In this document: positions 27,955 to 35,758 of the stretch, in pieces | Layout of the letters: each line of letters starts with the position of its first letter | Position numbering within the stretch: position 1 is the first letter of the stretch | Source of the DNA: a virus | Lineage: Duplodnaviria > Caudoviricetes | Virus record (IMG/VR): IMGVR_UViG_3300028585_000516 | Span: 1-43,795 of that record | Direction: 5' to 3' (one strand) | Length of the DNA stretch: 43,795 bases | The notes under the pieces: model-generated | Seen by the model: the letters and a program-made list of their open reading frames with translations, nothing else | What the model was told of the DNA's origin: nothing | Database searches by the model: none | Translations under genes and position numbers: made by a program

Positions 27955-28167
27955 TTAGTCGGTGTGGGTCCAGTCGTGCGGGAGGGTTGCGTCTGGGGTC
28001 CAGTGGGTGGGGCTGCTTGTGGTGGGGGCGTTACTCCCGGGGAGGACTCTCGGGGCTCCGTTGGTCACGGTGGCGGGGGCGTTGACGACTGTGGGGACCG
28101 TGACCGCGGGGTGCACTACGGACGCGCACTGGGGGCACCCGGGTTCCGTGCAGGGGTTATTCGCCAT
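27955..28167 (-). CDS. Hypothetical protein (N-terminal Cys cluster)
   Basis: C...GC..C; overlaps the upstream stop. Confidence 0.55.
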   Translation of the reverse strand: MANNPCTEPGCPQCASVVHPAVTVPTVVNAPATVTNGAPRVLPGSNAPTTSSPTHWTPDATLPHDWTHTD

Positions 28168-28351
28168 CTTCTTCGTCCCACTCGGGAGACATGATCGTCA
28201 CTTTCGCCATTTCCAACATTCCTAGGAGGATCATCTTGTCCTCCTGCCCCTTGTGGCTCACGCCGTGGGTTGGGTGGCCTTCGCTGTCGAGGCTGTACAC
28301 GATGGTGAGTTCCGCTATCGGCATCGCATTCAGGGCGTCGTGGTCGGCCAT
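28157..28351 (-). CDS. Hypothetical protein
   Basis: RBS AAGGAGG. Confidence 0.75.
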   Translation of the reverse strand: MADHDALNAMPIAELTIVYSLDSEGHPTHGVSHKGQEDKMILLGMLEMAKVTIMSPEWDEEDGE

Positions 28352-28434
28352 GTCCAGCCTCCTTGGGTGTCTTCCGGGCTGTACCTATCGGCTTGGTCCG
28401 GGCTTCCGCGTGGGTCTGGGTTGGTTCGGGTGGG

Positions 28435-28866
28435 TCAGGGTTGCGGCTGGAGTAGCAGGCCGAGTCGGTGTAGTCCGTCGTTAACCTCGGAGGTGATGTC
28501 TCCCACCAGGTAGGCGAGGGGTTCGTGGTCGCCTCGGAGGTGGTGGCGTGCTCTGCTGTCCCAGCTCCTCACGCAGTCCATGAAGTAGAACGCTGCGGCT
28601 GCATGGGTTGCTTCGTGTGCGACTATGTGGGCTGTGAGCTGCCCGATCCATAAGCGCATGACGACGATGGGCGCCTGTTCTGGTTGGGGCCATTGGTAGC
28701 TTTGCTGGATATCCAGTGCGCCGCCAATGGTGACTCCATGCGGGGGTTCTTCTCCGCGTGCATTCTTGACCGCTTCGGCCATCTCGTGCTGGTGCTGGTA
28801 GATGTGCACGAATACCTGGCGGCGGATGCCGGTTGCTGTGGTGGCGACTCGGAAGCGTGCCAGCAT
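28435..28866 (-). CDS. HExxH-containing putative zincin-like protein
   Basis: AHEATHAA plus downstream HEPLAY; RBS GAGGAGG. Confidence 0.65.
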   Translation of the reverse strand: MLARFRVATTATGIRRQVFVHIYQHQHEMAEAVKNARGEEPPHGVTIGGALDIQQSYQWPQPEQAPIVVMRLWIGQLTAHIVAHEATHAAAAFYFMDCVRSWDSRARHHLRGDHEPLAYLVGDITSEVNDGLHRLGLLLQPQP

Positions 28867-28876
28867 CGGTGCCTCC

Positions 28877-29029
28877 TCAGTCGGTGTACGGGCAGCCGTC
28901 GCGTGTGGGGTTGTCTTCGTTGTAGTGTGTCGCGAGCTGTTGTGTCGGTTTCACTTCACGCACGTAGCAGCCGCATGATGATCCGGGGTAGCCGTGTGCG
29001 CAGAGTAGTTCGGCCGGGCATTGCTTCAT
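28877..29029 (-). CDS. 50-aa Cys-rich protein (below the ORF-track cutoff)
   Basis: RBS GGAGG; MKQCPAELLCAHGYPGSSCGC...GCPYTD; fills the gap. Confidence 0.65.
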   Translation of the reverse strand: MKQCPAELLCAHGYPGSSCGCYVREVKPTQQLATHYNEDNPTRDGCPYTD

Positions 29030-29040
29030 GGCCGGCCTCC

Positions 29041-29328
29041 CTAGAAGGTGAAGCTAGGTGACTGCTGTGCTACTGCATCTCTACTTGCGCGTGCGCCCTG
29101 GTCTGCGATTGCTTCGAGGTTCGCCAGGTCTACTGCTCCCCGGATGGATGCCTCGACTTCTGGGGAGATGGTTGGCCTTGGCTTGAAGTGGTAGGCGAAG
29201 TTGGACTCGATGGAGAACCGTGCAAGTTCTGCAAGCGTGTGCACTTGCTCTTCCCTCGCGGCCTTCCTGAGTTCTTCATTGATCTCGATGGAGCGTCGGC
29301 CTATCAGCTCAGCGAATGTCTCAGCCAT
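29041..29328 (-). CDS. Hypothetical protein
   Basis: RBS AGGAGGAG. Confidence 0.7.
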   Translation of the reverse strand: MAETFAELIGRRSIEINEELRKAAREEQVHTLAELARFSIESNFAYHFKPRPTISPEVEASIRGAVDLANLEAIADQGARASRDAVAQQSPSFTF

Positions 29329-29401
29329 GCCGCTCCTCCTGTTGGTGTGCGGCCCTCAGCCACGGTAAACCAGGGTGGGTTAGAGATGAGCCGAGGGCCA
29401 G

Positions 29402-29451
29402 TGCGCTTCCGGGGAACGATCCCGGCACCCATGAGGTGGACCTTCAAGCGC
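29402..29451 (-). ncRNA. Miniature tRNA-like element (acceptor stem plus T-arm)
   Basis: GCGCTT/AAGCGC stem contiguous with CCGGG-ATCGTTC-CCCGG arm; small CACC/GGTG hairpin inside. Confidence 0.4.
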
Positions 29452-29459
29452 GATTCCTG

Positions 29460-29741
29460 CTACCTGTTGAACAGGTCTGATCCTTCTGGCATTGCTTCGC
29501 GGTCGCGCCAAGATTCACCGGGCAGGTTATCGGTGCCCTGGGTGTATGCCTGACGCTTGGCCCGCTTGAGAGTATGGATGAGCTTGTCGATGTCTTCGAC
29601 ACTCATGTCTACTCGTGCGGCGTCTCCGGTGTCGGACCAGCCCTCCGGGAAGATGCTGAGCTGAACCCAGCCAATCTTGTTCCATCCGACGACTGCTTGC
29701 TGCCCGGATGCGTCTGGGTGGTTGATCTTTTCGTGTGGCAT
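29460..29741 (-). CDS. Hypothetical protein
   Basis: MPHEKINHPD..., RBS AAAGGTGG. Confidence 0.7.
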   Translation of the reverse strand: MPHEKINHPDASGQQAVVGWNKIGWVQLSIFPEGWSDTGDAARVDMSVEDIDKLIHTLKRAKRQAYTQGTDNLPGESWRDREAMPEGSDLFNR

Positions 29742-29815
29742 AACGCCACCTTTCTGGTCTACTCGGACCACAGCAATGGTTCGAGTTGGATTGTTGACTG
29801 CTCTGAAGTACAGCG

Positions 29816-29903
29816 TCTCCCAGGCCGGAGTCGAACCGGCTTCATGCCCAGCTGCCGTAAGGCGCATGTTGTGTGCTGGTGCACTCCGAGTGCTATCTGA
29901 GAG
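29816..29903 (-). ncRNA. tRNA-like RNA with a non-canonical anticodon arm
   Basis: 7-bp CTCTCAG/CTGGGAG stem, GCAC/GTGC D-like arm, CCAGC/GCTGG arm, canonical GCCGG-TTCGACT-CCGGC T-arm. Confidence 0.55.
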
Positions 29904-29982
29904 TTGCGGGGGTGCCCGACGTGGCGGTGTGAGTCGTCAGCGGCGGGCGCGTCCCCACAGACGCATGCCCCGAGATGGGCAC

Positions 29983-30017
29983 AAAAATAGGGCCGGGAGC
30001 AATGCTCCTCAGCCCTT
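29983..30017 (-). terminator. Terminator just downstream of the late promoter
   Basis: GC stem followed by TATTTTT. Confidence 0.7.
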
Positions 30018-30042
30018 CGATACTTCAACCAACCTACGGTCT

Positions 30043-30071
30043 AGCATAGGTCACTTGCCCGCGATTGTCTA
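30043..30071 (-). promoter_or_regulatory. Putative late promoter
   Basis: TAGACA-N17-TATGCT on the minus strand. Confidence 0.6.
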
Positions 30072-30866
30072 TGCGGCTTTCTCGCGCAGTCCCCCGCGTC
30101 GTTTCTTGACCTTCTCGCGGGCTTCGAGGACTTGCGCGGGTGAATACAGGTGGACACGATCGGCAATCCTGCAACGTGCGGCTTGCAGGTCTCCGTCCTT
30201 GGCCCATCGTCGGGCTGACCTGGGGTCGACCATAATCTTGGCTTTCCTGAGTAGCTTGACGATTTCGGATAACGGCGCTTCGATTCCCGTGGCCTGGGCT
30301 ACGGCTTGGGCCTGTACATCTTCAACGATGTAGGTGGCTCCACACGTCCTGCATCTAGCCTCTGTGTCGCCGTCTCGGGCTTTAATCATCTCGGGGCACC
30401 TCTGTCCTTCAATGACGGTTCCGCATCGTCCGAGCAGGATTATGTTGGGTGGCAGGTCGATGGCGACGAGCAGGTAGCGGGTAGCTTCTGATAGCTCCCG
30501 GAGCATCTCTCCGGCGTCGTCGCGTTTCTTGATGAGGTCGACGCTGAGTCGCAGGTATGTGAGCGGTTCGAGACCGCGCACGTGGGGGTCGGTGTCGTCT
30601 TCGAGGATGACCCGCGCCCATTGGTGGATAGCTTCCACCAGTGTGCGTTTCCGCATACTGGCTTCGAGGTTGAGTGGCGCTGCTGACCCGGCGGCTGGGT
30701 CGTTGGCGCCTGCTCCCCCGCCTAGCTGGTCGAGTTTGGCGATGGTGTCGTCGGCGTCTTCGAGGGTGCCTGGCAGGTCGGCAAGGAGGCGGCGCAGGTC
30801 GGCCTCGTGTTTGGCACAGAGGGTGATTCCGTCGGCGGTTGGGGCGTGGCAGTGGGTGCAGGTCAT
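30069..30866 (-). CDS. Zn-finger plus HTH DNA-binding protein (putative late regulator)
   Basis: CxxC motifs, C-terminal ARRWAKDG.L MerR-like HTH; last early gene. Confidence 0.75.
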   Translation of the reverse strand: MTCTHCHAPTADGITLCAKHEADLRRLLADLPGTLEDADDTIAKLDQLGGGAGANDPAAGSAAPLNLEASMRKRTLVEAIHQWARVILEDDTDPHVRGLEPLTYLRLSVDLIKKRDDAGEMLRELSEATRYLLVAIDLPPNIILLGRCGTVIEGQRCPEMIKARDGDTEARCRTCGATYIVEDVQAQAVAQATGIEAPLSEIVKLLRKAKIMVDPRSARRWAKDGDLQAARCRIADRVHLYSPAQVLEAREKVKKRRGGLREKAA

Positions 30867-31108
30867 GGGCGTGGCTCCTTTGGTCGTGGGCGGATGGGCG
30901 CGGTGAATCCGACACGGCGGTGGTCTTCGTAGTTGTCGCCTTGGTCGCGGTTGTAGTGGGCGTTGAGTTCGTCGGGTTCGTGTTGCCCTGATCGTTCGAC
31001 CATTGCGTCTGCGCCGTCCGGTTGTGGTCCTGGGTCTTCTTCTGGGTTGTTGATGGCTTCGGCGTGGGCTTCGATGAGCACACACACTGCGCGGTAGAGC
31101 CGCCTCAC
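30863..31108 (-). CDS. Hypothetical protein
   Basis: GTGA and ATGA overlaps at both ends. Confidence 0.6.
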   Translation of the reverse strand: MRRLYRAVCVLIEAHAEAINNPEEDPGPQPDGADAMVERSGQHEPDELNAHYNRDQGDNYEDHRRVGFTAPIRPRPKEPRP

Positions 31109-31218
31109 ATCCCTACCGCCTTCCCGATGGCCCAGAGCGCCCAGAGTGCGGCGGTGGTGCTGATGGCGGCGGAGGCGAGGAACGCGGCGGCGCGGAGGGC
31201 TCGCTGCGTGGCGGTCAT
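31105..31218 (-). CDS. Small membrane peptide
   Basis: 37 aa, hydrophobic, ATGA overlap. Confidence 0.55.
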   Translation of the reverse strand: MTATQRALRAAAFLASAAISTTAALWALWAIGKAVGM

Positions 31219-31436
31219 GGCTGAGGCTCCCTCGCCTCGACGTGGGTGAGGGCGATTCCGCCGGCGTAGTCCTCGACGGACACCATTGCGCTGTGACCGC
31301 CCATGACCCATGCCGGAGTCCTGGTCTCGGATTCACGCCCGGGGCCGCTTTTCGTCCACGGCCAGAACAGCACCGGCGTGCCGATGGGGTGTTCAGCATT
31401 GAATTCATCGACGGCCTTCTGGGGCTTCTTGCTCAT
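31215..31436 (-). CDS. Hypothetical phage protein
   Basis: FN..HPIGTPV.FWP...TRTPAW; RBS AAGGAG. Confidence 0.75.
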   Translation of the reverse strand: MSKKPQKAVDEFNAEHPIGTPVLFWPWTKSGPGRESETRTPAWVMGGHSAMVSVEDYAGGIALTHVEAREPQP

Positions 31437-31455
31437 GTCGTGCTCCTTAACGCGG

Positions 31456-31485
31456 AAAGCGCCCTGTGCGTGTGCGTGGGGCGCT
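31456..31485 (-). terminator. Hairpin / possible terminator
   Basis: AGCGCCC/GGGCGCT stem followed by TTT. Confidence 0.45.
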
Positions 31486-31529
31486 GGGTGGGTGTTTGTG
31501 TGTCTGGCGGCTACGGGGCCGCTGGTGGC

Positions 31530-31985
31530 CTATTCGTAGGCCGGGGTGAGGGTGATCTCCGCGTGTGGGGCTTCCCCGTCGCGGACGTAGCGTTTCCGGG
31601 CGTCGATGTGGGTGATCTGTGAGTCGTTGCGGAATGGGCGGGGCAGGCCTTGGAGGTCGCCTTTGTCGAGGGTGAGCGCGTCGCCGCAACTCCTCGCGAG
31701 TTTGTCCGTATCGGGTGGCACCGTATGCGGCAGGTCCCGAAAGCTGGGCTTGATCACCCCGGCGTTGCGGCCTGTCCCGTAGTGCCCGTCCGGCCTCGGC
31801 AGCACGAACACGACCCGCATGGACACGGCGCCCTCGATGGTCTGGGAGCCTGCCTGGCGAACGTACTCGGCGCGCACCCGGTTCCGCCACGGCTTGAGGT
31901 CGTCCCGGTAGACCATCCGGCCCTTACCGAAGCTACGCATGCTGCCCTGCGGGATGGGTGTGCCTGGGACGCGGATCGTGATCAT
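31530..31985 (-). CDS. rusA: RusA-like Holliday junction resolvase
   Basis: G.P.PQGS, PDTDKLARS..DAL, NDSQI motifs. Confidence 0.9.
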   Translation of the reverse strand: MITIRVPGTPIPQGSMRSFGKGRMVYRDDLKPWRNRVRAEYVRQAGSQTIEGAVSMRVVFVLPRPDGHYGTGRNAGVIKPSFRDLPHTVPPDTDKLARSCGDALTLDKGDLQGLPRPFRNDSQITHIDARKRYVRDGEAPHAEITLTPAYE

Positions 31986-32293
31986 GGGCAATCACCTCGC
32001 TCGGTTGCCACGATCCGGTCGATGACGTCCATCATTTCGTTGGCTCGGCGTTCCATCTCGCGGGCTCTCTTGGCGTACTCCCGGATGTTTGAGATGTCAC
32101 GTTTGATCTCGTAGTAGTTCCGCTTGGTGCTGATGCAGTTTTGGCCGGTCATGCGGGCCAGCGCGTTGAGCTGTTCGAGGTGAAGCTCTCGGACGGCCCG
32201 CCATTTGTCCTGGTATGTGGGCAGGCCCTCATCGAACGTGACTGGATCGTTCGCCTTATCGCTGACGACTCTCAGTGCTGGGCGTTCACTCAT
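31982..32293 (-). CDS. Hypothetical protein
   Basis: ATGA-coupled early operon gene. Confidence 0.7.
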   Translation of the reverse strand: MSERPALRVVSDKANDPVTFDEGLPTYQDKWRAVRELHLEQLNALARMTGQNCISTKRNYYEIKRDISNIREYAKRAREMERRANEMMDVIDRIVATERGDCP

Positions 32294-32700
32294 CCCCCGG
32301 CCTCATCGATAGCGCGGCGGATTCGGCGGGCGGCGTCTTCGTAGGCGAAAGCTGCGCCTTGCATTCGCGCCCAGGTGGCATCTATCTGCCCGTAGCTAGA
32401 GCTACGCGACTCCTCTGCGGCCTGATTCAGTTCGCCCACCAGGCCGCTTGCGGCTTCCACTTGCGCGTTCCTCAGCGGCAGGGCGTTCCATGAATGGGCT
32501 AGGCGTTCGGCCTGCGGGCCGTGCATCCCGTCGGCGACCATGTGTGAGTAGCCGAGCAGTCCGGCGTCTTCGTCGTGCTCCTCGAATGCCGCGACGCCAC
32601 GCTCTCCGGTCTCAGGCATCACCTCGACTGTCAGATACAGGTACGGGTAGGCGTTGATGATGCGGCGTTCTTCTTCGAGTGTGCGTTCAAGGTCAGTCAT
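32290..32700 (-). CDS. Hypothetical protein
   Basis: Overlapping early operon gene. Confidence 0.7.
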   Translation of the reverse strand: MTDLERTLEEERRIINAYPYLYLTVEVMPETGERGVAAFEEHDEDAGLLGYSHMVADGMHGPQAERLAHSWNALPLRNAQVEAASGLVGELNQAAEESRSSSYGQIDATWARMQGAAFAYEDAARRIRRAIDEAGG

Positions 32701-32959
32701 CGGAAACCTCGTTCCAGTCGTTTTCACGGTTGAAGCCGTTCATGTTGTTGAGCTTGCCTCCAAGCACTTGGACGGTCATGCCCTCTTTCCATCGCATTTT
32801 TGAGTCGCTGTCGGGCTCTGTGATGGCGACCGGATCGCTGGAGTAGTCAACGCACCCATGGACCAGCCGCGCTATCAGGTGGATGTTTTCGATGGTGATG
32901 GTGGCGACTTCCACGCGCCGGGTTTGGACGCGCTCATATGTGGTGAACAGGTCGCTCAT
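32693..32959 (-). CDS. Hypothetical protein
   Basis: ATGA overlap, RBS. Confidence 0.7.
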   Translation of the reverse strand: MSDLFTTYERVQTRRVEVATITIENIHLIARLVHGCVDYSSDPVAITEPDSDSKMRWKEGMTVQVLGGKLNNMNGFNRENDWNEVSDD

Positions 32960-33261
32960 GCTCCTTCTCCTTCGATTCGGAATCCAGCGGCGCGGAAGAT
33001 TTTGTCTACGGCGTCTTCGTAACGGTCACTTCCGCTATGCACGTCCCACAGCCATAGGGCGCGTATTGCTTTGGCTCGGTTTCCGGCGGTGACGGTGGTG
33101 GGCTCGGCGTCACGGGCCATGAAGCCGGCGATGAAGCCAGCTCTCATTGCCTGGTATCGCTGGCCAAGAGCTGACCTGAGACGCTCGCTCGGCGGCGGGT
33201 ACTGCTCCAGAGCCAAGGCGTCAGCGCGCTCGTTCGGCGTGCGGGTGTCGTTGGTGGTCAT
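32956..33261 (-). CDS. Hypothetical protein
   Basis: RBS GAGAGG, operon context. Confidence 0.7.
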   Translation of the reverse strand: MTTNDTRTPNERADALALEQYPPPSERLRSALGQRYQAMRAGFIAGFMARDAEPTTVTAGNRAKAIRALWLWDVHSGSDRYEDAVDKIFRAAGFRIEGEGA

Positions 33262-33280
33262 GGGTGCCTCTCTCGGGTGG

Positions 33281-33715
33281 TCATCGGTGGGGGTAGTCGT
33301 CGGGGTTGCGGTCGAGTAGCTTCCCGGCCGCTTGGAACTTGAGCAGGACCCGCCGGGGCATCTTTCGCTTGTCGATCTTGGCCGGGGGCAGCTGGTGAGC
33401 CCTGAGTCGTTCTTCGTATTCGAGCCGCTCCTGGATTAGGTGGCCCAGTGTCCCGATGCCCAGGGGCGGACGGTCGGGGTTCTTGGGGTCGTACTTGCGG
33501 TAGTACCCGTGGGCCGCGGTGAGTGCTTCCCCGAATGTGGCGGGGGCGAGCACGTCATGCCACAAGGTGACGTTGGCCGGGGTGACCTGGATCCGTGCGT
33601 CGGCGGACTGGTTGAGGTGCGTGATGAGCGCGGACACCAGGGGTCGGACCATCTGCTCGTCGTCCCGGATGCTGCGGATATCGATTGGCTCTGGTTCGGG
33701 ATCTGGTGGGGTCAC
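33281..33715 (-). CDS. Helicase loader/inhibitor-like protein (SPP1 G39P-like)
   Basis: V.LWHDVL......A..A...YY pattern; directly after the replication initiator. Confidence 0.6.
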   Translation of the reverse strand: MTPPDPEPEPIDIRSIRDDEQMVRPLVSALITHLNQSADARIQVTPANVTLWHDVLAPATFGEALTAAHGYYRKYDPKNPDRPPLGIGTLGHLIQERLEYEERLRAHQLPPAKIDKRKMPRRVLLKFQAAGKLLDRNPDDYPHR

Positions 33716-34605
33716 TGCTCGAGCTCCTTCTGGCGTTGCTGCTCCTGGTACTCGCGGAGCTCATTGGCGACGAGGTTGGCGCCCTGGGCGTAGCGGCGTT
33801 CGGCGGCTGACTGGAACTGCTGTGGTCGGCCCTGTGGTCGCTGTGGCTCCTGGGACTTGAGGCGCAGCTGGTCGTACCTCTCGCGAAACTTTGGCAGGGA
33901 CAGGATGTTGGTCTTCCAGAACCCGTCCTGCTGGCACCAGTCGATGATCCGGTGGATCTCTGCCTCTGGTCGCTTGTCTCGATCGAGGAGGAGCCGTGCC
34001 GAGTCGAGCCACGCCTTGGGTGGCGTATCTGGCACCTTGTTCTCGTTCTCGATGAGCCGTTGGCGCAGGTGGACGTAGATGCCTTGGATGTCCTCGCGGG
34101 CATTCGGGTCTGGTCTCTCCGGGTCCGGCGTCGCGTCAGCGACTTCGGACGAAGAAGTACCTGCTCCCCTGCTCCCCTGCTCCCCTGCTCCAGCACTGAA
34201 TTCCCGTTGAGGGCTCAGTGAGTCGTCAGTGAATGGGTCGTGAATGGTGGTGCCTGGCTGGTCTGACCTGGGGAAACGTGGATCGGCAGGCCTGTTGATG
34301 CGCTGATGTTCGGCCCAATTTACGATCTCCAGGAGGGGCTTCCCCTCGCCGCTTGAGTAACGCCTAATGACCTTCAATTCATGGAGCTTGCGAAGTGCGT
34401 TTGAGACGTCACTGAGGACTCCATGAGGGTTCACTGAAAGATCATGCGCGAAGAGATCGGCGGCGATGAGTGATGCCTGATCTCTTCCGACGCCGTTGTC
34501 ATCGACGTATGACCACAGGCCGATGAATAGTAGGCGCTCCCAGTGGGAGAGCTGACTGATCGTGTCGGATCTCCAGAATTCTGGCTTGATGCTACGAATG
34601 CGCAT
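33712..34605 (-). CDS. Replication initiator protein
   Basis: MRIRSIKPEFW, RLLFIGLWSYVDDNG, W.EHQRI, C-terminal FWKTNILSLPKFRERYDQL. Confidence 0.88.
   Translation of the reverse strand: MRIRSIKPEFWRSDTISQLSHWERLLFIGLWSYVDDNGVGRDQASLIAADLFAHDLSVNPHGVLSDVSNALRKLHELKVIRRYSSGEGKPLLEIVNWAEHQRINRPADPRFPRSDQPGTTIHDPFTDDSLSPQREFSAGAGEQGSRGAGTSSSEVADATPDPERPDPNAREDIQGIYVHLRQRLIENENKVPDTPPKAWLDSARLLLDRDKRPEAEIHRIIDWCQQDGFWKTNILSLPKFRERYDQLRLKSQEPQRPQGRPQQFQSAAERRYAQGANLVANELREYQEQQRQKELEQ
34160..34191 (+). repeat. Tandem 8-bp repeat (CCTGCTCC)x4 in the rep linker, probable origin region
   Basis: Four perfect copies; TCAGTGA/TCACTGA motifs nearby (about 34215-34440). Confidence 0.8.
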
Positions 34606-34960
34606 GAGCGCTCCAATCGGGTCGACGCTGGACATTCCAGATCGGCTGTTGTTGAGCGATGCACTGGGATTCCCAGCGCCGGACGGATACTTGGGCCTCG
34701 TCTCTGCCGGCGCCCTGCACCCGCCAGAACTCGAGCAGGCGCACGCTGGGCCACCATGCCGCTCGCCGCCGGTGCTCGGTGAGCCTGTTGCATGGCGATC
34801 CAGTGACGCCTACATAGAGGAGGTGTCCGTGCTTGCCGTAGGCGCGATAGAGGTATTCGATGCCGTAGCCCATAGGACAGGCGTCATCCCATGACTTCCG
34901 GTTCTCAGGGTTCACCTCTACATCCGCCCAGAACTCAGGCTTGATAATCGTGATGCTCAT
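34592..34960 (-). CDS. GIY-YIG family endonuclease
   Basis: YLYRAY...LLYVGVT...RL.EH...WW...E..CI....P.WN. Confidence 0.8.
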   Translation of the reverse strand: MSITIIKPEFWADVEVNPENRKSWDDACPMGYGIEYLYRAYGKHGHLLYVGVTGSPCNRLTEHRRRAAWWPSVRLLEFWRVQGAGRDEAQVSVRRWESQCIAQQQPIWNVQRRPDWSAHAHS

Positions 34961-35009
34961 AGTGGTGTCTCTCTCGGGGTTTGTAGGGTGCGGCCTTTAT
35001 TGGCCGGGT

Positions 35010-35207
35010 TTAAGGTGTGGGGCTGTTTTGTTCGCGCTGCCGTTTGTCTTGGTCTGCGCGGATTTCGCGGGTGAATTGTTGTGATTCGCGGAGTCGGGTT
35101 TCGGTGGAGGGTCCGGCGTGTTTCCCGAGCCAGATACAGAGGGCGATGGCGGCGAACCATAGGCCGATGAAGTAGATGGGTATCCATGGGACCTGTAGCC
35201 AGATCAT
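35010..35207 (-). CDS. Small membrane protein
   Basis: N-terminal TM segment; ATGA overlap. Confidence 0.65.
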   Translation of the reverse strand: MIWLQVPWIPIYFIGLWFAAIALCIWLGKHAGPSTETRLRESQQFTREIRADQDKRQREQNSPTP

Positions 35208-35527
35208 GCGGCCCACAGCCCACCAGTTGGGACGCCACGGTTCCGGCGTTCAGTGAGCCATTCCTGGGCACGTACAGCGGCGCTACGCAGCTGCTCGTCA
35301 CTGGAATCGAGCCCGTGGATGACCACAGGTTTTGGTGGCGGATCGTACCGAGTGAATGGTTCGCCGAGTTGTTTGCGCAGCCGGTAGCAGTTGAAACACA
35401 GGCCATGGGCGGCGTGCGGGACCGTGTTTGGGTGGTCTGCGGCGAGGTCTTTCTGGAGTCGGAGTCGTCGTCCGCAGTCTTGGCAGGGTTCGCCTCGTGT
35501 GGGTGAATACTTCGGGCGTGTGCTCAT
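35204..35527 (-). CDS. Zn-binding hypothetical protein
   Basis: CQDC...HGLCFNCY. Confidence 0.7.
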   Translation of the reverse strand: MSTRPKYSPTRGEPCQDCGRRLRLQKDLAADHPNTVPHAAHGLCFNCYRLRKQLGEPFTRYDPPPKPVVIHGLDSSDEQLRSAAVRAQEWLTERRNRGVPTGGLWAA

Positions 35528-35691
35528 GGCTGTTCCCGTGGGCTGGTGTGGCGCTTCTTGGGTGCGGTAGCCCGGTCCTGCATGGCGCGAAGGTCAGCGC
35601 GGTGGTGTGGGCACTCGTGGCGGTGTCGGCATACTCCGTGTGGGTTCCAGCAGCAGCCGCGCTTGCATGGCGTGTCTCTGAGGTCGATCAA
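35524..35691 (-). CDS. Small Cys/His-rich protein
   Basis: TTG start after AGGAGA; CKRGCC...C....C.HH. Confidence 0.55.
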   Translation of the reverse strand: MIDLRDTPCKRGCCWNPHGVCRHRHECPHHRADLRAMQDRATAPKKRHTSPREQP

Positions 35692-35758
35692 GGGGTTCTC
35701 CTGGGTATAACAAGGCCCGGTCCCTCGAGATGAGGAACCGGGCCAGGTGGGCTGTGGG

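Noticed and set aside
29816-29903. Call as a functional tRNA
   Set aside because: No 7-nt anticodon loop, abnormal D-arm and linker, no CCA; kept only as tRNA-like
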